Assembly: GCF_006345805.1 (NCBI RefSeq)
Contig: NC_043011.1
Location: 9,486,001-9,550,000 of the forward strand
Source of the DNA: Octopus sinensis
Lineage: Eukaryota
Direction of reading: 5' to 3'
Length of the DNA stretch: 64,000 nt
This document shows positions 36,631-50,762 of this stretch, one piece after another (position 1 is the first letter of the stretch; the number at the start of each line of letters is the position of its first letter). A model generated the notes under the pieces. It made no database searches. It worked only from the letters and a program-made list of their open reading frames with translations, and was not told where the DNA came from. The position numbers and the translations under genes are program-made.

Positions 36631-38947
36631 TATTTTACTAAAAACATTGCAATACATAACCAAGACCAGAGGACATATATGCTCGACTAAAGAGTACCTT
36701 GGGGATTATACAACACACAGAAATAATACCACTAGGTACTACTTGTATATATTACATATATATATATATTACATATATAAACACCAGAACTTATATAAAT
36801 ACCATAGAGACAATGGCACTACTGTACTTACACACACACATGTAGAGTACTCAATACAGGACAATCAAACTAAAACACTGCACACAGCTGTATTCTGTTG
36901 TTGTTGTGTAGTGAAAGCATGAGACTGCAATGATGATGATGATGATTTCTTTTATTGCAGAATGTTGGCCAATATCTGCTAGCTTATAGCTGAAGTAGAA
37001 TATAATCTGGGATAATTGTTCATACAAGAGTGACACTCACGTCCATACACACACACACACACATATATACGCTCACACATACATACTGAATGAATGTCAA
37101 CTGATAACGTTCAGAAAGGAGGGATGATGAGGAAATCTTAAGATTATGATCAAATACTGGAGAAGAAACAATATTTCTGACTGGAAGAATATACAACAAT
37201 ACTTGTGAATATAACTATGTTCATATCTACATGCATATTCAATATGAATGGCTATATGTTTATGCACACATATCAGTATGTGTGTGTGTGTATGCACAAG
37301 TTTTTACACATACATGCATAGATGTGTGTATATAACTGTTAGATATTAGTAGACACTGCAAATACACACAAAATCACATGTATAGTCCATTGACATACAA
37401 AGACAGATATAGTGCATGTGTGTGTAATTAATGTACTAAATTGAAACAGTTTACCATCACCTGGTTTACCTGGTTATATCTAGCTCCAACCCATGCTAGC
37501 ATGGAAAGCAGATGTTAAACGATGATGATCTACAAATGTGATATGGCTAAAACTGTAGATATTGAATATTATGTGAAAGGAATTTAGCCAAATCACACTA
37601 CAGTCTTCATAACACATATTCCATGAATGTTTTCTAGACTTTATGTTTCTAGTTATGCTACTAGAACTGCAGAATCAATATTATCTGCTATATTATTACT
37701 TTGACAATACTAGAAGTTAGGTAATTTGTTAAATCTTCATTAAAATATTAATTATTTTTGCTTTATTGTAATTAAAACCATTGAAAAAGTGGTATTAAAC
37801 ATTTTAGTCATAGATTTGAAGTTTACAAGTTTGCTTTACAACCACCTTTTGCTGTATTCGATCTTTCTCAATGTGTGGCAGCCTTCAGTTTATTTAGCCT
37901 CACACCAACTACTGACTTGACATGGTGGATTTGATGGGCAGAAATCGTATAGATGCCCCTCTCCCTCTCTCACGCACACACTAATATACACATGCACAGA
38001 TACAGGTTAAGACAGAGAGGGATGGAGAAAAGAGAGAGAAAAATGACAGATCATTATTTACTCTGGTTTAAAATCCAGTGTCGTTAATTTTGTCACTTTA
38101 TATCTTGTAACTTCCATTCAGAGATGGAGGTGGAACTGATAATCAACGGAATCAATTATGATTGACTAAAACCATGGTGCTCCAACTTGGCCATCACCAG
38201 AGATTGAAACCAGTTAAAAGAAAGAACTAATGTTATAGAGGTAAATGCCTCGATAGAGGTTGGAGGAGAGAATGTTTCAAAAGCTATGGGCATTGACCTT
38301 CTGATTGAGATAAATTTGAACGAATGTTTAATAAATTAATTTAAAATTTAAATTAATACTCCTGGCAGTTTTAGAGACTTATTAAGGATTTCAAAAAGAT
38401 TTTCATACTGTTGCAAGAACATTAAATACAAAATATTTCGCAAAAAAAATTTAAAGTATTTAATTAAATATAAAATTCCTCAATAAGTTTGATGTAAAAA
38501 AAAAAAACATTTAAAAATATCTTTACATCATCTTGGTTAGATTTCTTTGTCTTTCATTAGGAAAAAAATCCTATAATGAAGTTCTGGCTTGGCTTCAGAT
38601 TGGCAATATTCCAGTGGAACTATTTTATCTCAGCTGCTCATTTCTGAGATTAATCTATTCCAACAGCAATATGTTGTATGAAGAATTTCTGCAACATAAA
38701 GTCGGATGTAACGTGGAAGATTGATCTCTGTCAATGATTGCAGCAAGGGGAAAATGGTTCCTGATTGAATTCCTATAAAAGAACAGCCAGGATGCTTCCA
38801 GAAAATAATTTGGAAGTCATGGAACAACAAAGTAGAAGGTGATGAACATTACTGGAATTTCAAGTCACTCATTTAAAAGTGTTTAGAAACCCCCCAAAAA
38901 TTACCTATTTCCGATATATTTATTGAAATAAACTGTGAGAAAAGAAA

Positions 38948-39545
38948 TAATAATAATAATAATAATAATAATCTTTTCTACTATAGGCACAAGGCCTGAA
39001 ATTGTGTGGTGAGGGGGACAATTGATCACATTGACCCCCAGTACTTGACTAGTTCTTAATTTATCAACCCCGAAAGGACAAAATGCAAAGTCGACCTTGG
39101 CAAAATTTGAACTCAGAACGTAGCAACAGACGAAATACCTATTCCTTTACTACCCACAAGGGGCTAAACATAGAGGGGACAAACAAGGACAGACAAACGG
39201 ATTAAGTCGATTAAGTCGACCCCAGTGTGTAACTGATACTTATTTAATCGACCCCGAAAGGATGAAAGGCAAAGTCGACCTCAGTGGAATTTGAACTCAG
39301 AACGTAGCGGCAGACGAAATACCTATTTCTTTATTACCCACATGGGGCTAAACACAGAGGGGACAAACAAGGACAGACTTAGGTATTAAGTCGATTACAT
39401 CGACCCCAGTGCGTAACTGGTACTTAATTTATCGACCCCGAAAGGATGAAAGGCAAAGTCGACCTCGGCGGAATTTGAACTCACAACGTAACACAGACGT
39501 TAAGCATTTCGCCTGGCGTGCTAACGGCTCTGCCAGCTCACTGCC
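38948..39545 (-). mobile_element. Trimeric SINE family B (one full head, three B-box plus core modules)
   Basis: Core cgaccccgaaaggatgaaaggcaaagtcgacc..tttgaactcagaacgt occurs three times; module junctions gaaatacc|tatt at 39140 and 39324 (184-bp period); AAT tail at 38948. Confidence 0.9.
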
Positions 39546-39574
39546 TTCATACTACTACTACTACTACTACTATT

Positions 39575-39788
39575 AATAATAATAATAATAACCCTTTCTT
39601 ATAAAGGCACAAGGCCTGAAATTGAGGGGAGGGGGATGAGTCGATTACATAGACCCCAGAGTTCAGCTGGTACTTATTTTATTGACCCCGAAAAGATGGA
39701 TGGCAAAGTTGATCTTGGAGGAATTTGAACTCAGAATGTAAAGATAGAGGGAATATTACTAAGCATTTTACCCAGCCAGCTCATCACC
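39575..39788 (-). mobile_element. SINE family B monomer
   Basis: aggcacaaggcctgaaatt tail plus core plus tttgaactcagaatg. Confidence 0.85.
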
Positions 39789-39789
39789 T

Positions 39790-39856
39790 TAATAATAATA
39801 ATAATAATATAATAATAATAATAATAATAATGGTAATAATAATAATAATAATAATA

Positions 39857-39892
<36 letters not shown>

Positions 39893-39975
39893 GTTATTAT
39901 TATTGTTATTATTGTTGTTGTTGTTGTTGTTATTGTCATTGTTATTATTATTATTATTATTGTTATAAAATAATG
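39790..39975. repeat. (AAT)n-(ATT)n-(GTT)n compound microsatellite
   Basis: Polarity switches from AAT to ATT at about 39858. Confidence 0.95.
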
Positions 39976-40514
39976 ATAATAAAGTTGTCAGGAAAGAAAA
40001 TATGTTAGAAACATGAAAGTAAATTTTATGAATGAGTTCACAGCAGATATGTGTCATATTTCACTGAAAGCAAGTTGTGAGAAAATTAACAAATGAAGTC
40101 ACGTGACAAGAAAATCATAAATTTTGTGGAAGAAACTATTTCCTAGAATTGTGCTTTTCAATAATATTATATAACTTCAAGTGAAGTTTTATGGGAATTT
40201 CCAACATTTTAATGAGCTACGACTCTAAGTATATTAGGAGTATATAATTCATTTCCTACAACAATACCATGTACTTTAATCTTGGCAAAGACACCTCACA
40301 AACACTGACCTAAACTGTCTAAAAATAGAATAGATGAGAGATCAACGATGTAGTAGAAGGAAGTGGGAGCATAGTATAGTTAATGAGAGTTCTGGTATGT
40401 TAGAAGGAAAATGGGAAGTCACTTTGTTCATTCTTAGAACCAGTTCTCTGATGTGAGATAAACCTGTTGGCAATAGATCTTCCCACAGGAAACTCATCAT
40501 TTTACACACACACA

Positions 40515-40578
<64 letters not shown>

Positions 40579-40604
40579 ATTACTTAGAGATTGTGACAAC
40601 AATA

Positions 40605-40618
40605 GTTTCTATGGCAAC
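40605..40618. promoter_or_regulatory. RFX X-box motif
   Basis: GTTTCTATGGCAAC, with a one-mismatch copy ctttctatgataac about 25 bp downstream. Confidence 0.4.
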
Positions 40619-40717
40619 TATGACTGCAATACTTTCTATGATAACCATTTTCTTAACAGTAAATCATTTCCAAGAATAAAAAAGAAAATATTTTCATACA
40701 TTACAGTCTACCTGTGT

Positions 40718-40860
40718 TTGTCTATCTACCTACCTGACTGCCTGTCTGTCTATCTACCTATCTGTCTGTCTGTCTGTCTATCTACCTATGTGTCTGTCTG
40801 TCGATCTACCTGTCTGTCTACCTATCTACCTACCTATCTACCTACCTGTCTATCTCTCTA
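40718..40860. repeat. Compound (TCTG/TCTA/CCTA)n tetranucleotide repeat
   Basis: Directly visible. Confidence 0.9.
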
Positions 40861-41072
40861 TCTGTGTGTGCTGAATGATACATTAAGGAGCTTTCTTTGA
40901 GTTCTGCTGGATTACCTGAATCCATATATTGTAACTTATATAAATACACACACCCATATACATATATATATTGTGATTTGTATATATATATATATATATA
41001 TATATTATACACACACACACGTGTACATATATACATTTAAATGTTGAATGAGGAAAATGGGTGCTGATTTCT

Positions 41073-41602
41073 AACAGTGGATGGAAGCTGTGGAAGAGGG
41101 AAACATGGGATGAGGTGGTGAAGCATGATCTTCAAGCATTGGGCCTCACAGAGGTAATGACTAGTCACCGAGACCCTTGGCTATATGCAGTGCTTGAGAA
41201 AATCCATCAAGCCAGGTGAAATTATAGTTGTGGCCATTGTCGTGTAACTAGCACGCATGCTGGTGGCACGTGGAAAGCACCTTTTAAGCATTGGGCCTCA
41301 CAGAGGCAATGGAAGATGAGCAAGACTTTCGGCAATATGCTATACTTGAGAGGAAGACCCAACAAGCCAAGTGAAATCATAGTTGTGGTAGATTCTTGTC
41401 ATGCATCAGGCAGCCATGCTGGTGGAACACAAAAGCACTCGTTACACTCTTGGAGTGGTTGGTGTTAAGAAGGGCATCCAGCAGTAGAAACTATGCTAAA
41501 TCAGACTGGAGTCTGGTGTAGCCCCTCAGCTTACCAGCCCTGGTCAAACCGTCCAACCCATGCCAGCATGGAAAATGGATGTTAAATAATGATGATGATG
41601 AT
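41073..41602 (+). mobile_element. RTE LINE 3' end (ORF C-terminus, partial duplication, 3' UTR, GAT tail)
   Basis: TVDGSCGRG..WDEVVKHDLQALGLTEVMT..AVLEK..*; aagcattgggcctcacagagg occurs twice; continues into the aagggcatcc tail. Confidence 0.85.
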
Positions 41603-42232
41603 GTATATATTTTTATAACTTTCCTATTTCATACTCCATACTTTCAGCTCTTGTTAGTTAACGTGTTTTACAGTTCATTTATATTAGATACCAGCATCCA
41701 ATTACATCACTGATGTTGTACTTAAATTTTGGCTGACCCTAATTAGTTTAATCTCTGCTAAATCTTCATACTCATGCTATAACTTTAAACAGACTAGTGT
41801 TTCCCTGACCATTCATTTTCGGTTTAGTCCACTTCTTAAACAGCATTTTTTTATAATGTTTATAATTTATAATTTTTTAATATTTCGTAATTTTTTCAAT
41901 ATTTCACTTGCTTCTCTTTATAATTTCTTAATTAAATTTTAAATCTTTAAAGTTTTAATTTTTAAATGTAATATTCAACCCTAATTCCATTTTAACTTCA
42001 TGACTTATCTACTCTTCCACTTTTAGCAACATACTGCATAATTAATTTTATTTTATTTTTGTTGATTCTGGACTCTTAATCTTAATTAAGTTAACATTTT
42101 AATTTTTTTAGTTTTTGAGCGTAATACAACACATATATTTACCCTAATCACTTTCACCTTATCTCCTTCATAGGGCTTTTATTTATGAATCACTAAGAAT
42201 TAATTTTCAATCTATACACATTACTTATTTGA

Positions 42233-42455
42233 GCATGGCCATTGCCAGTACCGCCTGACTGGCCCTCATGCCAGTGGCACATAAAAAGCACCCACTACAC
42301 TCTCTGAGTGGTTGGCGTTAGGAAGGGCATCCAGCTGTGGAAACTCTACCAGATCAGATTGGAGTCTGGTGCAGCCATCTAGTTTGCCAAACCTCAGTCA
42401 AATCGTCCAACCCATGCTAGCATAGAAAGCGGATGTTAAACAATGATGATGATGA
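42233..42455 (+). mobile_element. RTE LINE 3' UTR fragment
   Basis: gccagtggcacataaaaagcaccc...gatgttaaacaatgatgatg. Confidence 0.88.
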
Positions 42456-42493
42456 TATATGTATATATATGCATATATATATATTATTTATAG

Positions 42494-42529
<36 letters not shown>

Positions 42530-43379
42530 ATATACACATACATGAATGTATACTAGCACATACACATTCATGTGTGTGTACAAATTCATGATGTACTATA
42601 CAGTGTGTTTGGATAATTTGAAATGTGTATCACTGTGTTATGCCTTATTAATTGATCCAGTTTATCTCAGTCCTACATTTGTATCCACTATAAATAGCTA
42701 CCAGCTACTAATCTGTGTGGACAGAATATGGGTGAACTTTCTCTGATGACTACTAAGACCAGAAACTAGTCGCATCATTAGATACAAGATCCTGCAATGT
42801 TACCACGCTGTTTAGTTTAAACAGTAAGATTAAACTTGTATAATGCAAACACACACACACTGAGTGTGTATGTACATGTTTGAACTTGGAAAAGGGAGAA
42901 AAAACATGCTGATAGATGTCGAGTTTATTAGAAGGAGAGGATTCCTCCATCACTGCTCTAAGTTTCATGTTCGTATTTCATGATGTGAATTTCAATTAGA
43001 TAAATACACACTCATACATACATACATGCATACACACACTCATACATACATACATGCATACACACACTCATACATACATATATGCATACACTCACATATG
43101 CATGCATACACACATACATTTATATCCAACAAAAAAAGCTAAAAAAACAATTGGGTTTTGGGAAATATTTAAAAATTCTATATTCAGAATGAAGAATAGT
43201 AAATTGCTAAGGAGGATAATGGTATTCATTGAAAAGTAAATAGCAATTTGAACAACAACAACAACAACCACCTCATCAAAATTACAGGAAAATTATTAAA
43301 AAAATACATGAATTGCTGGAAAATCTGGATTATAAGGTAGTAATTGTTGTTCAGTTATTGGCTGGTTATCAATGAATGA

Positions 43380-43429
<50 letters not shown>

Positions 43430-45949
43430 TCATGTATATATAACATATAAGGCATGTAGATGTTTTTATATACATGTAAGTGCACACACACACACACACA
43501 CACATATACAGTTTTTAGACACACTGACAATGCATGTGAGATGCATCTTAAAACTGTGTTTATAGATATATGTACATACACATATGACTATATGTTTGAA
43601 TATGTATGTATTTATGTATGTACACACACATACATACACACATCTATTATCCTTTTACATCCATTATCCTTGCTTTTGAAAGTGGGGGGTGGACCTCGAA
43701 GTACTTCATCCATTAAATTGATTCTCACTGGTCGTGACCATCCCCATTGATGGGTTGCCTGTGATGTTAAAACAACATCTTTGTATACACCTGCTGTTTT
43801 GGAGTTGGTTTCTATAGCTGAATGCCATTTATCCCACCAACACCTTTACACACTTGGTCAGGCCTAATTCAGTGCTATTACTTTAACACACACATATACA
43901 CAAAGGCAGGATACATTTACACACACACACACACACACTCTCTCTCTCTCTCTCCCCATTTCCCTGAATACCCAAAGGACAATATCTTCAACTTACAATT
44001 GAAATTTTAAAATTGTATAGAAAATAAAACTCTAGATTGATTAAAGTTGAATTTTCAATAAGCAATAATTAATCTCCCTAAGTAGTAGTAGTAATAGTAG
44101 TAGTAGTAGACAATTGATGAGGAACTAATGACAATGTAAATTTATTTTCTAATCTACATCTTCACAAAGATTCAGTTTTATTAAAATCTTATTTAATCCT
44201 AAAACTCATTGATTTTGACTTGGCACAAGACAAATTTCATTTTAACAAAAGGATGCGTGTGTGTGTGTGTGTGTGTGCATGCACACAGACACAAGTGTGT
44301 AGTTAAGCTCACTTTGCCAGCATGTGGCTTTGGGAGTGCCAAACCGATTGTATGACACCTTGGGCAAGTGTCATCTGCTGTAGCCTCAGATTGAGACCAA
44401 AACCTTGAGAGTGGAATTTAGGAGATAGAAACTGCAGAGATCATAATGTTTTGTACCTCATAATGTTTTGACATATGCAGATAAGTGGAGTAAAAACAAA
44501 ATAAGGTCTGGCACCAAGAAGGATTCCTGCCTCAAGAAGTTTCATCTGATCCGTAACACCAAGGAAAAACCTGATCTCATCAGCATTTTATGTCAGCTTT
44601 CTATGTTGGCATGGGTTGGATGGGTCATTATAGTCCAAGTCAGTCCTTATTTGAAGTTACTACTCTTTTAGATGAGTTGAAAGTTATGTATCCCTTAAAT
44701 ATTTCAGTTCCTGGTTTGCTTTTCATGGCTGGATACCCTACCTGGCACCAGCTAAAGAATGCATTTTGTGAAGACACCAGCACTAGTGAGATTACCTTGT
44801 CCCTGACAGAAGGAGGGATTCATCTTGACCCTATGCCACAGATGTATCCCACTTCCATGGGTTCTAATGTTCTTGCAATTTTTCCCTGGAATTAAAAAGG
44901 TTCACTTCCCTTGATGCTTTAAGACTTGTGCAAAACAAGAAAGAATGTCAAATTATTCCTCTCTCTCTCTTTCTGTAAACATGCTCTCATTTCAAGAAAA
45001 ATAAAAATAATATAAAACAAACAAACAAAAATAACATCATTAAATGCAGCTAAATGTACAAGAGACGTCTATTGTGAAGTGATCCAATGCTGCTCTATCA
45101 ATACCCCCCCTCCGCTCCTCACTCTCTTAGAATTGATGCTGGTGAAATAATCTAAGAATAAAATTATTGATTGCTTCGTTGACAATGAAAGCCAGCAGAT
45201 AATGTTGTATTTCTGTCAAGGACAATATCACAGATGAAGAAGAAGAAGACTTATATCATGGTAATTCCTCAGGCAGGAATCCTTTCTCTTTTTTTTTGTT
45301 TTGTTTTTTTCTTTTTTTGAAAATTATATTTTATAGCTGAAAGGTGATCTTTGAGAATCAGATGATATTAACTTCCAGCCAAAGGAAGAACTCACAAAAC
45401 CAAAAATACAAAGAATCTGCCCCCAACTACCACCACCACAAAAAAAAAAAAAAGATGAAATTATTTCAAGATTTTGTTTCTTTTCTTTCAACTTCCATCA
45501 TGTGGAATGAAGATAAGTGAAAGAAAATCAAATAAATTCTTACTTTTGCCATTTCTTTTATACCTTATCTGTCAATGAAGAAGTCTTCTTCATCATCAGC
45601 ATTGATTACTTTTTAAAGTGGAAGGTGAGATAGGTAAGAAAGAGGAACACACACACACACAATGTAAGTGTGTGTCCATTTGTCCGTCCGTACATCCTAT
45701 GTTTTTTGACATCACTCAGTAATTGTAAACAAAGTTCCACTGTCATACAAGCAGTGTCTCTGTTAACAGGTGCGGACTCAATCACTGATGAATACTAACA
45801 CAGGATTGAAACCAGTTTAGCTGACCCATTCCTTTCTGCCCACAAAAATATTTCATATAAAAACCATGTATTTGCCCCACTGTTTTTATATTGTACATTT
45901 ATATAAAGACATAGAAGAGGACTTTGTCTCGCAAGCACCTTGATGAAGT

Positions 45950-46140
45950 TGCTGGTGCCATGATAAAGCAGCCCATACACTCTGTAAAGTGGTTGGCATT
46001 AGGATAGTCAACTGGCCGGAGAAACCATACCAAAACATACAACAGAGCTTGGCACAGTCCTCTGGCCTTACCAGCTCTGGTCAAACTGTCTAACCCATGC
46101 CAGCATTGAAAATGGACATTAAATGATGGCAATGATGATG
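45950..46140 (+). mobile_element. Older RTE LINE 3' UTR fragment
   Basis: gctggtgccatgataaagcagccc...aacccatgccagcattgaaaatggacattaaatgatg. Confidence 0.75.
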
Positions 46141-46489
46141 TACACACATTTATATAAATACATACTGTGTTGGTTAAATGTCTATTCTGTGGTACACTGT
46201 GGCATATAAGACACATTATAGCATGAGGTACTTATTTTATTGCACATGTGTTGTAGTGTGTGGGACTGTGTATCAATCATCATCCTCATCATCCTCATCA
46301 TCATCATCCTCATCATCATGGCTGTGATGACAGAATTAGTTCAACAGAAGACAAAGTAGCTTGCAGTGTCTCTCTTAAGTACCAAACTGGCTGGAAGTCA
46401 TCACTACCACTAAAGGTAAAGTAAGTACTCGTCAACTAATGAGTTCTGTTATCTGATCTTGAGCTAATAATTTTTGGAATCATTACAGC

Positions 46490-47750
46490 TAAGGTCTGTA
46501 GAACAGAAACTGTGAAGTCTCACAGACAAAATTCCTGACAATGGTATTGTGATCCCTTACATAGTGAGAAGGTGCAATCAACATGGTTAATGGTTCTCTT
46601 GAAGATGTCCTGGTGAGAAAGGAATGAGTATAAGAGTTAATGTGGAGAGGGGAGTAGAGGATACACAATCTGTGGTTCATAAGGAATCTTGAGTGAAATT
46701 ATATTTTTAGCTAATATTAGGTATTTTTAGGGTAATTTCATTTTAAAATATTAAATTTCATTTGTAGGAAATACATGAAAGAGAAAAAAAAGACAGGAGT
46801 GAAAAATCTTTAAAGTGAAGAATATTGGATTAATTAAAACAAAATGAAAAATTAATAATGAACATAAAATATAGAAGGTGCTGGGTTGGGAGGGGAATAC
46901 AAAGTGAGGGTAGGGGATAATGTGTAGTGGAGGGGAAGGAAATATAAGGAGTAGGAAGAGAAGTGTGTAGAGGGTGGGAGGAGTGAATATAAAGAGTAGA
47001 TGGGAGGAAATAGCAAAAAGAGTAGGAGGTGGTATATATTCCAGTAAAAAGTCATCAAAGATAAAGTAAACTAATTAGTAAATTAGCAACAAGTTCCACT
47101 TAGAAATGGTTTTAGAAGAAATTTAAAAAAGAAAGCAACGAACCAACTGAATCCAGATTTTAATTATAAATAATTTAAAATTAATCATCTTGATTACAGC
47201 TTGTACAACACCGAATGAAGGCATTCCTACACATTCATCCAACCTTGCAACATTAGCAGCTAAATTTCCTTCGAGTTTCCGTTAACCAATTTTATAAAAA
47301 GGAAATCGACATGGCAGAATGTGTCAAAAAGTTGAAGAATTTCTAGATGTAAAAGCAAAATCTAGAATTGCAGGCCTCAAAATAAATCTACTTAAAACAT
47401 AAGTCTTCTCAGGTAAGATGGCACTTCATTGCCATCTGGGAAAATGGTCATGCCTGACATATTCAGAAAAACAGGGTAAAAAGAGGAATCAGATGTGGTG
47501 GGCAAAGGAGGAGACTGTGTTGATATGGACATATAATAGATCTGCATGATGGTAGTTGGGAAGTACTTAGACATCCATGTGGAGGATATTCATGAAAGAG
47601 GAAGAAAGGGTAGAAGATTCTTTGACCACTACATTCTTGTCCACAGATCCACAGATCACATCTATGAATGTGAACACTTTTTTTTGGCCCTTTGGTTACC
47701 TCACATAAAGCCAACGGTCAGTTGGTACATGAAAACCCTATAAGGCCTTA
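46490..47750 (-). pseudogene. Possible decayed Penelope-like element (RT C-terminus and GIY-YIG region), interrupted
   Basis: SYTHSFLTRTSS and HYVRDHNTIVRNF resemble the Penelope endonuclease region; SCRSIICPYQHSLL resembles KRSIPYSQFLRL; heavily degenerate, and a CR1 origin is not excluded. Confidence 0.3.
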
Positions 47751-47924
47751 TACCAGTCATTCTCTATTACACTCTCTGGTTGATGTTGATACCATTTTCT
47801 TCCTACTTCAAATCCTCTTTGCTGTGATTTGTCCCTGTGTAGTGCTGTGGCCACATGGTTCAGTTTGAGCCAAAAGACCACAGGAACTTATTATGTGCAC
47901 AATGGGTTCCTCTTTCTCTGCAAG

Positions 47925-48125
47925 GTAGCGATCTGGCAGAATTGCCAGCACATTGGACAAAATGTTTAATTCTGAGTTCAAATTTCATCAAGGCCGACTT
48001 AGCCTTTCATCAGTTAGGTGGGGTGGGGTGCTAAAATAAATACCAGTTGAGTACTGGGGGAGGAGTGTCAATATAATCACCTTACCCGCTTCTTGTGCCA
48101 AAATTTGAAATCATCGTTATCATTA
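47925..48125 (+). mobile_element. SINE family B
   Basis: gatctggcagaattg...ttctgagttcaaatt...gacttagcctttcatc...accagttgagtactgggg. Confidence 0.7.
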
Positions 48126-48847
48126 CTATAATATCATTATTATAATTGTTAGACACTTGCTTATTGTGTAGCACTTTGAGCAAGTATTTTCTAATATAAC
48201 CTCAGAACAACTGAAGCCATGAGTGAAACTGATTGAGGGAAAAAGTAGGAAGCCTCACTCACCGACACACACATCATTGTCATTTAACGGCTGTTTACCA
48301 TCCTGGCATTACATACATATATACATACACACACATATTGTATGTATATATATATGTGTGTATACATTGTGTGTGTGTGTGTATTTATATAAAATGTATA
48401 TGTATTTAGTATTTATGTATAGTATCATGTTGCTGAGCGAATATCAGTTTCATGACCATAAAAATAGAATTCTAGAGGAAATTAAGAAGAAAAGCCTGAT
48501 TTTAATGGTGAACTTGGCAGGATTTGAAGTAGATTTGAAGCAGCAGCAGTTTGAGTAAAGTTTGGTAGCACGAGGGGAACCAAGTACTTGTGTCACATCC
48601 TTGCAAATATACTTTAGAAAAGTAAGAAACACTGTATCCAAAACAGATCAAAGCATGTATGGAATTAGCAGCATTTTTAATCTATGTATCTGTCTGTCTG
48701 TCTGTCTGTCTATCAATCTATCTTTCTATCTGTCTGTCTGTCTGTCTATCAATCTGTGTGTATATATAACTTTGATAGGTTTCAGCCAATATAGACGTAT
48801 CATCATCATCATCATCATTTAACATCCGCTTTCCATGCTAGCATGGG

Positions 48848-48895
<48 letters not shown>

Positions 48896-49502
48896 ACACA
48901 CACACAAAAACATACATGCACATATATACAGTTAGTTGTATACCATACACACACAAATGTAAGACTAAAAAGTTTCACTGATTTCCTTTGCTGACCGTGG
49001 ACAAAGCTGATATTGTTCAAACCTAGAGACCCACCAAACCCCAACCCCCCACATGTTACACCCACTTCACCTCTTACACGTCATCCTCATGATGTCTCCT
49101 TGCCACAAACCTTCAGATGAGAAGTGGATGCTCTCTCACTTCCTCTCTCTCTCACACACACACACACACACCAAGCACACAACCACATATTTTTCAACAT
49201 CTAATTATACACACACATACACTACACAAGAACATCTTATACAGAGATACATAGATGTGTACAATCGCACAATTATACACACACACACACACACACACAT
49301 TCATAGCTACAACAGCACTGCTTGAACACACCTACATATACATACACATGCTGCTATATAAATATGAAATTATATATATATGGTTATTGTATACACATCA
49401 AAATAACAAACAATCCATAGACCTTTCGCCATTGCTCTCTCTCTCTCTTCTTCTTCTTCTTCTTCTTTCTCTTCTTTTCTCTCCTCTCTCTCTCTCTCTA
49501 GG

Positions 49503-49538
<36 letters not shown>

Positions 49539-49733
49539 ATAGATGTATAGAGAAACAATAAATTATTAAAAACGAAATGCTACCTGGCCACCAGTCTGTC
49601 TCTTTCTGTCTCTCTGTCTCACTCCTTCTCTCTCTCTTTCTCTCTCTCTCTTTCTGATGTGTCATTTGCGATGGTTCCCACATGTCAATTATGGCTGAAG
49701 ATTGCAAGAGTTTATACACTTGGGTGTGCGCAG

Positions 49734-49767
<34 letters not shown>

Positions 49768-50727
49768 ACACACACACATACACACACACACACACAAACT
49801 GAGGTGTAGCAAAACAGAAAATAGGAACTCTTGAGAGAAACGATAAAAAATGTTGACAAGGTGATGATGTCAGGGGAGTGAGTATGTGTGTGTGTGTGTG
49901 ACAGAGATGTGTGTGTGTCATGACAGTGTGTGTGCGCGCGCGCGCTCGCGCGAACGTGCAAAGGGGGGGGAATAAAGAGAGAAAACAAGTAGCTAGAAAC
50001 AGAGAATGAGAGGGGGGGTATGAAAGGAGGTGTGTGGGGGGGAGTTTGCATTTTGGGGACTAATTAAAGTATGAAGGAGGAGTATGACTCAAATTGGAGT
50101 GTGGTGGAGTGAGTGATGTATCATCATATGGAGTGAAGTGTGGAAGGTGTGTGGAGTGAGACTTGAGTGAAGCTATAAAGTGTGATGTCACTTGGGAATT
50201 TCTAGAGAATTATTTGGTTTTGTTCCTTTTTTTTTTGCAGTTAACCTTTTGTTTTGTTTTTCTCCAGCTTATTTCTGTTGTAGTCAGTGTAATTGTTGTT
50301 GTTGTTGTTGCCTGTGCAGTTACTGGAATGGGGGAGCAAAGCAGCAACAATGAAATCAAGTCTAAAATTCAATTGTAAAAGAAGGAGAAAAATAAGAAAA
50401 ATTAAAAGAGACTGTTCACACACACACACACACACACACACATCTTATCACTTATCTTGCAATCACTCATCTTGCTGCCGCCATTCATCACTTCCTCACT
50501 CATCTATCACTCTAATAGGGATGTCAGAGAGGATATACTCCCTTTCCTCCAGTATTCAATCTGCAGCCACCACCTCCATCCTTATCACTCCAACATTCTC
50601 ACTCATGACAGGGAATTATATATAAGAGACAATAACTTCACTCATTCTCTGCCACTCTCTCTCGCTCTCACTCCAAGTGACAATTATTGCTGTCCATCAC
50701 TTACTCCTACCATTGTCCATCTTCTAC

Positions 50728-50762
<35 letters not shown>

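Noticed and set aside
42743-42771. CTGATGA...GAAAC-TA-GTC hammerhead-like core with palindromic ACTAGT
   Set aside because: Stems I and II do not pair in this copy; possibly an older Penelope-end relic but not supportable.
45785-45817. CTGATGA...GAAAC-CA-GTT hammerhead-like core
   Set aside because: Stem II is out of register and stem I is absent.
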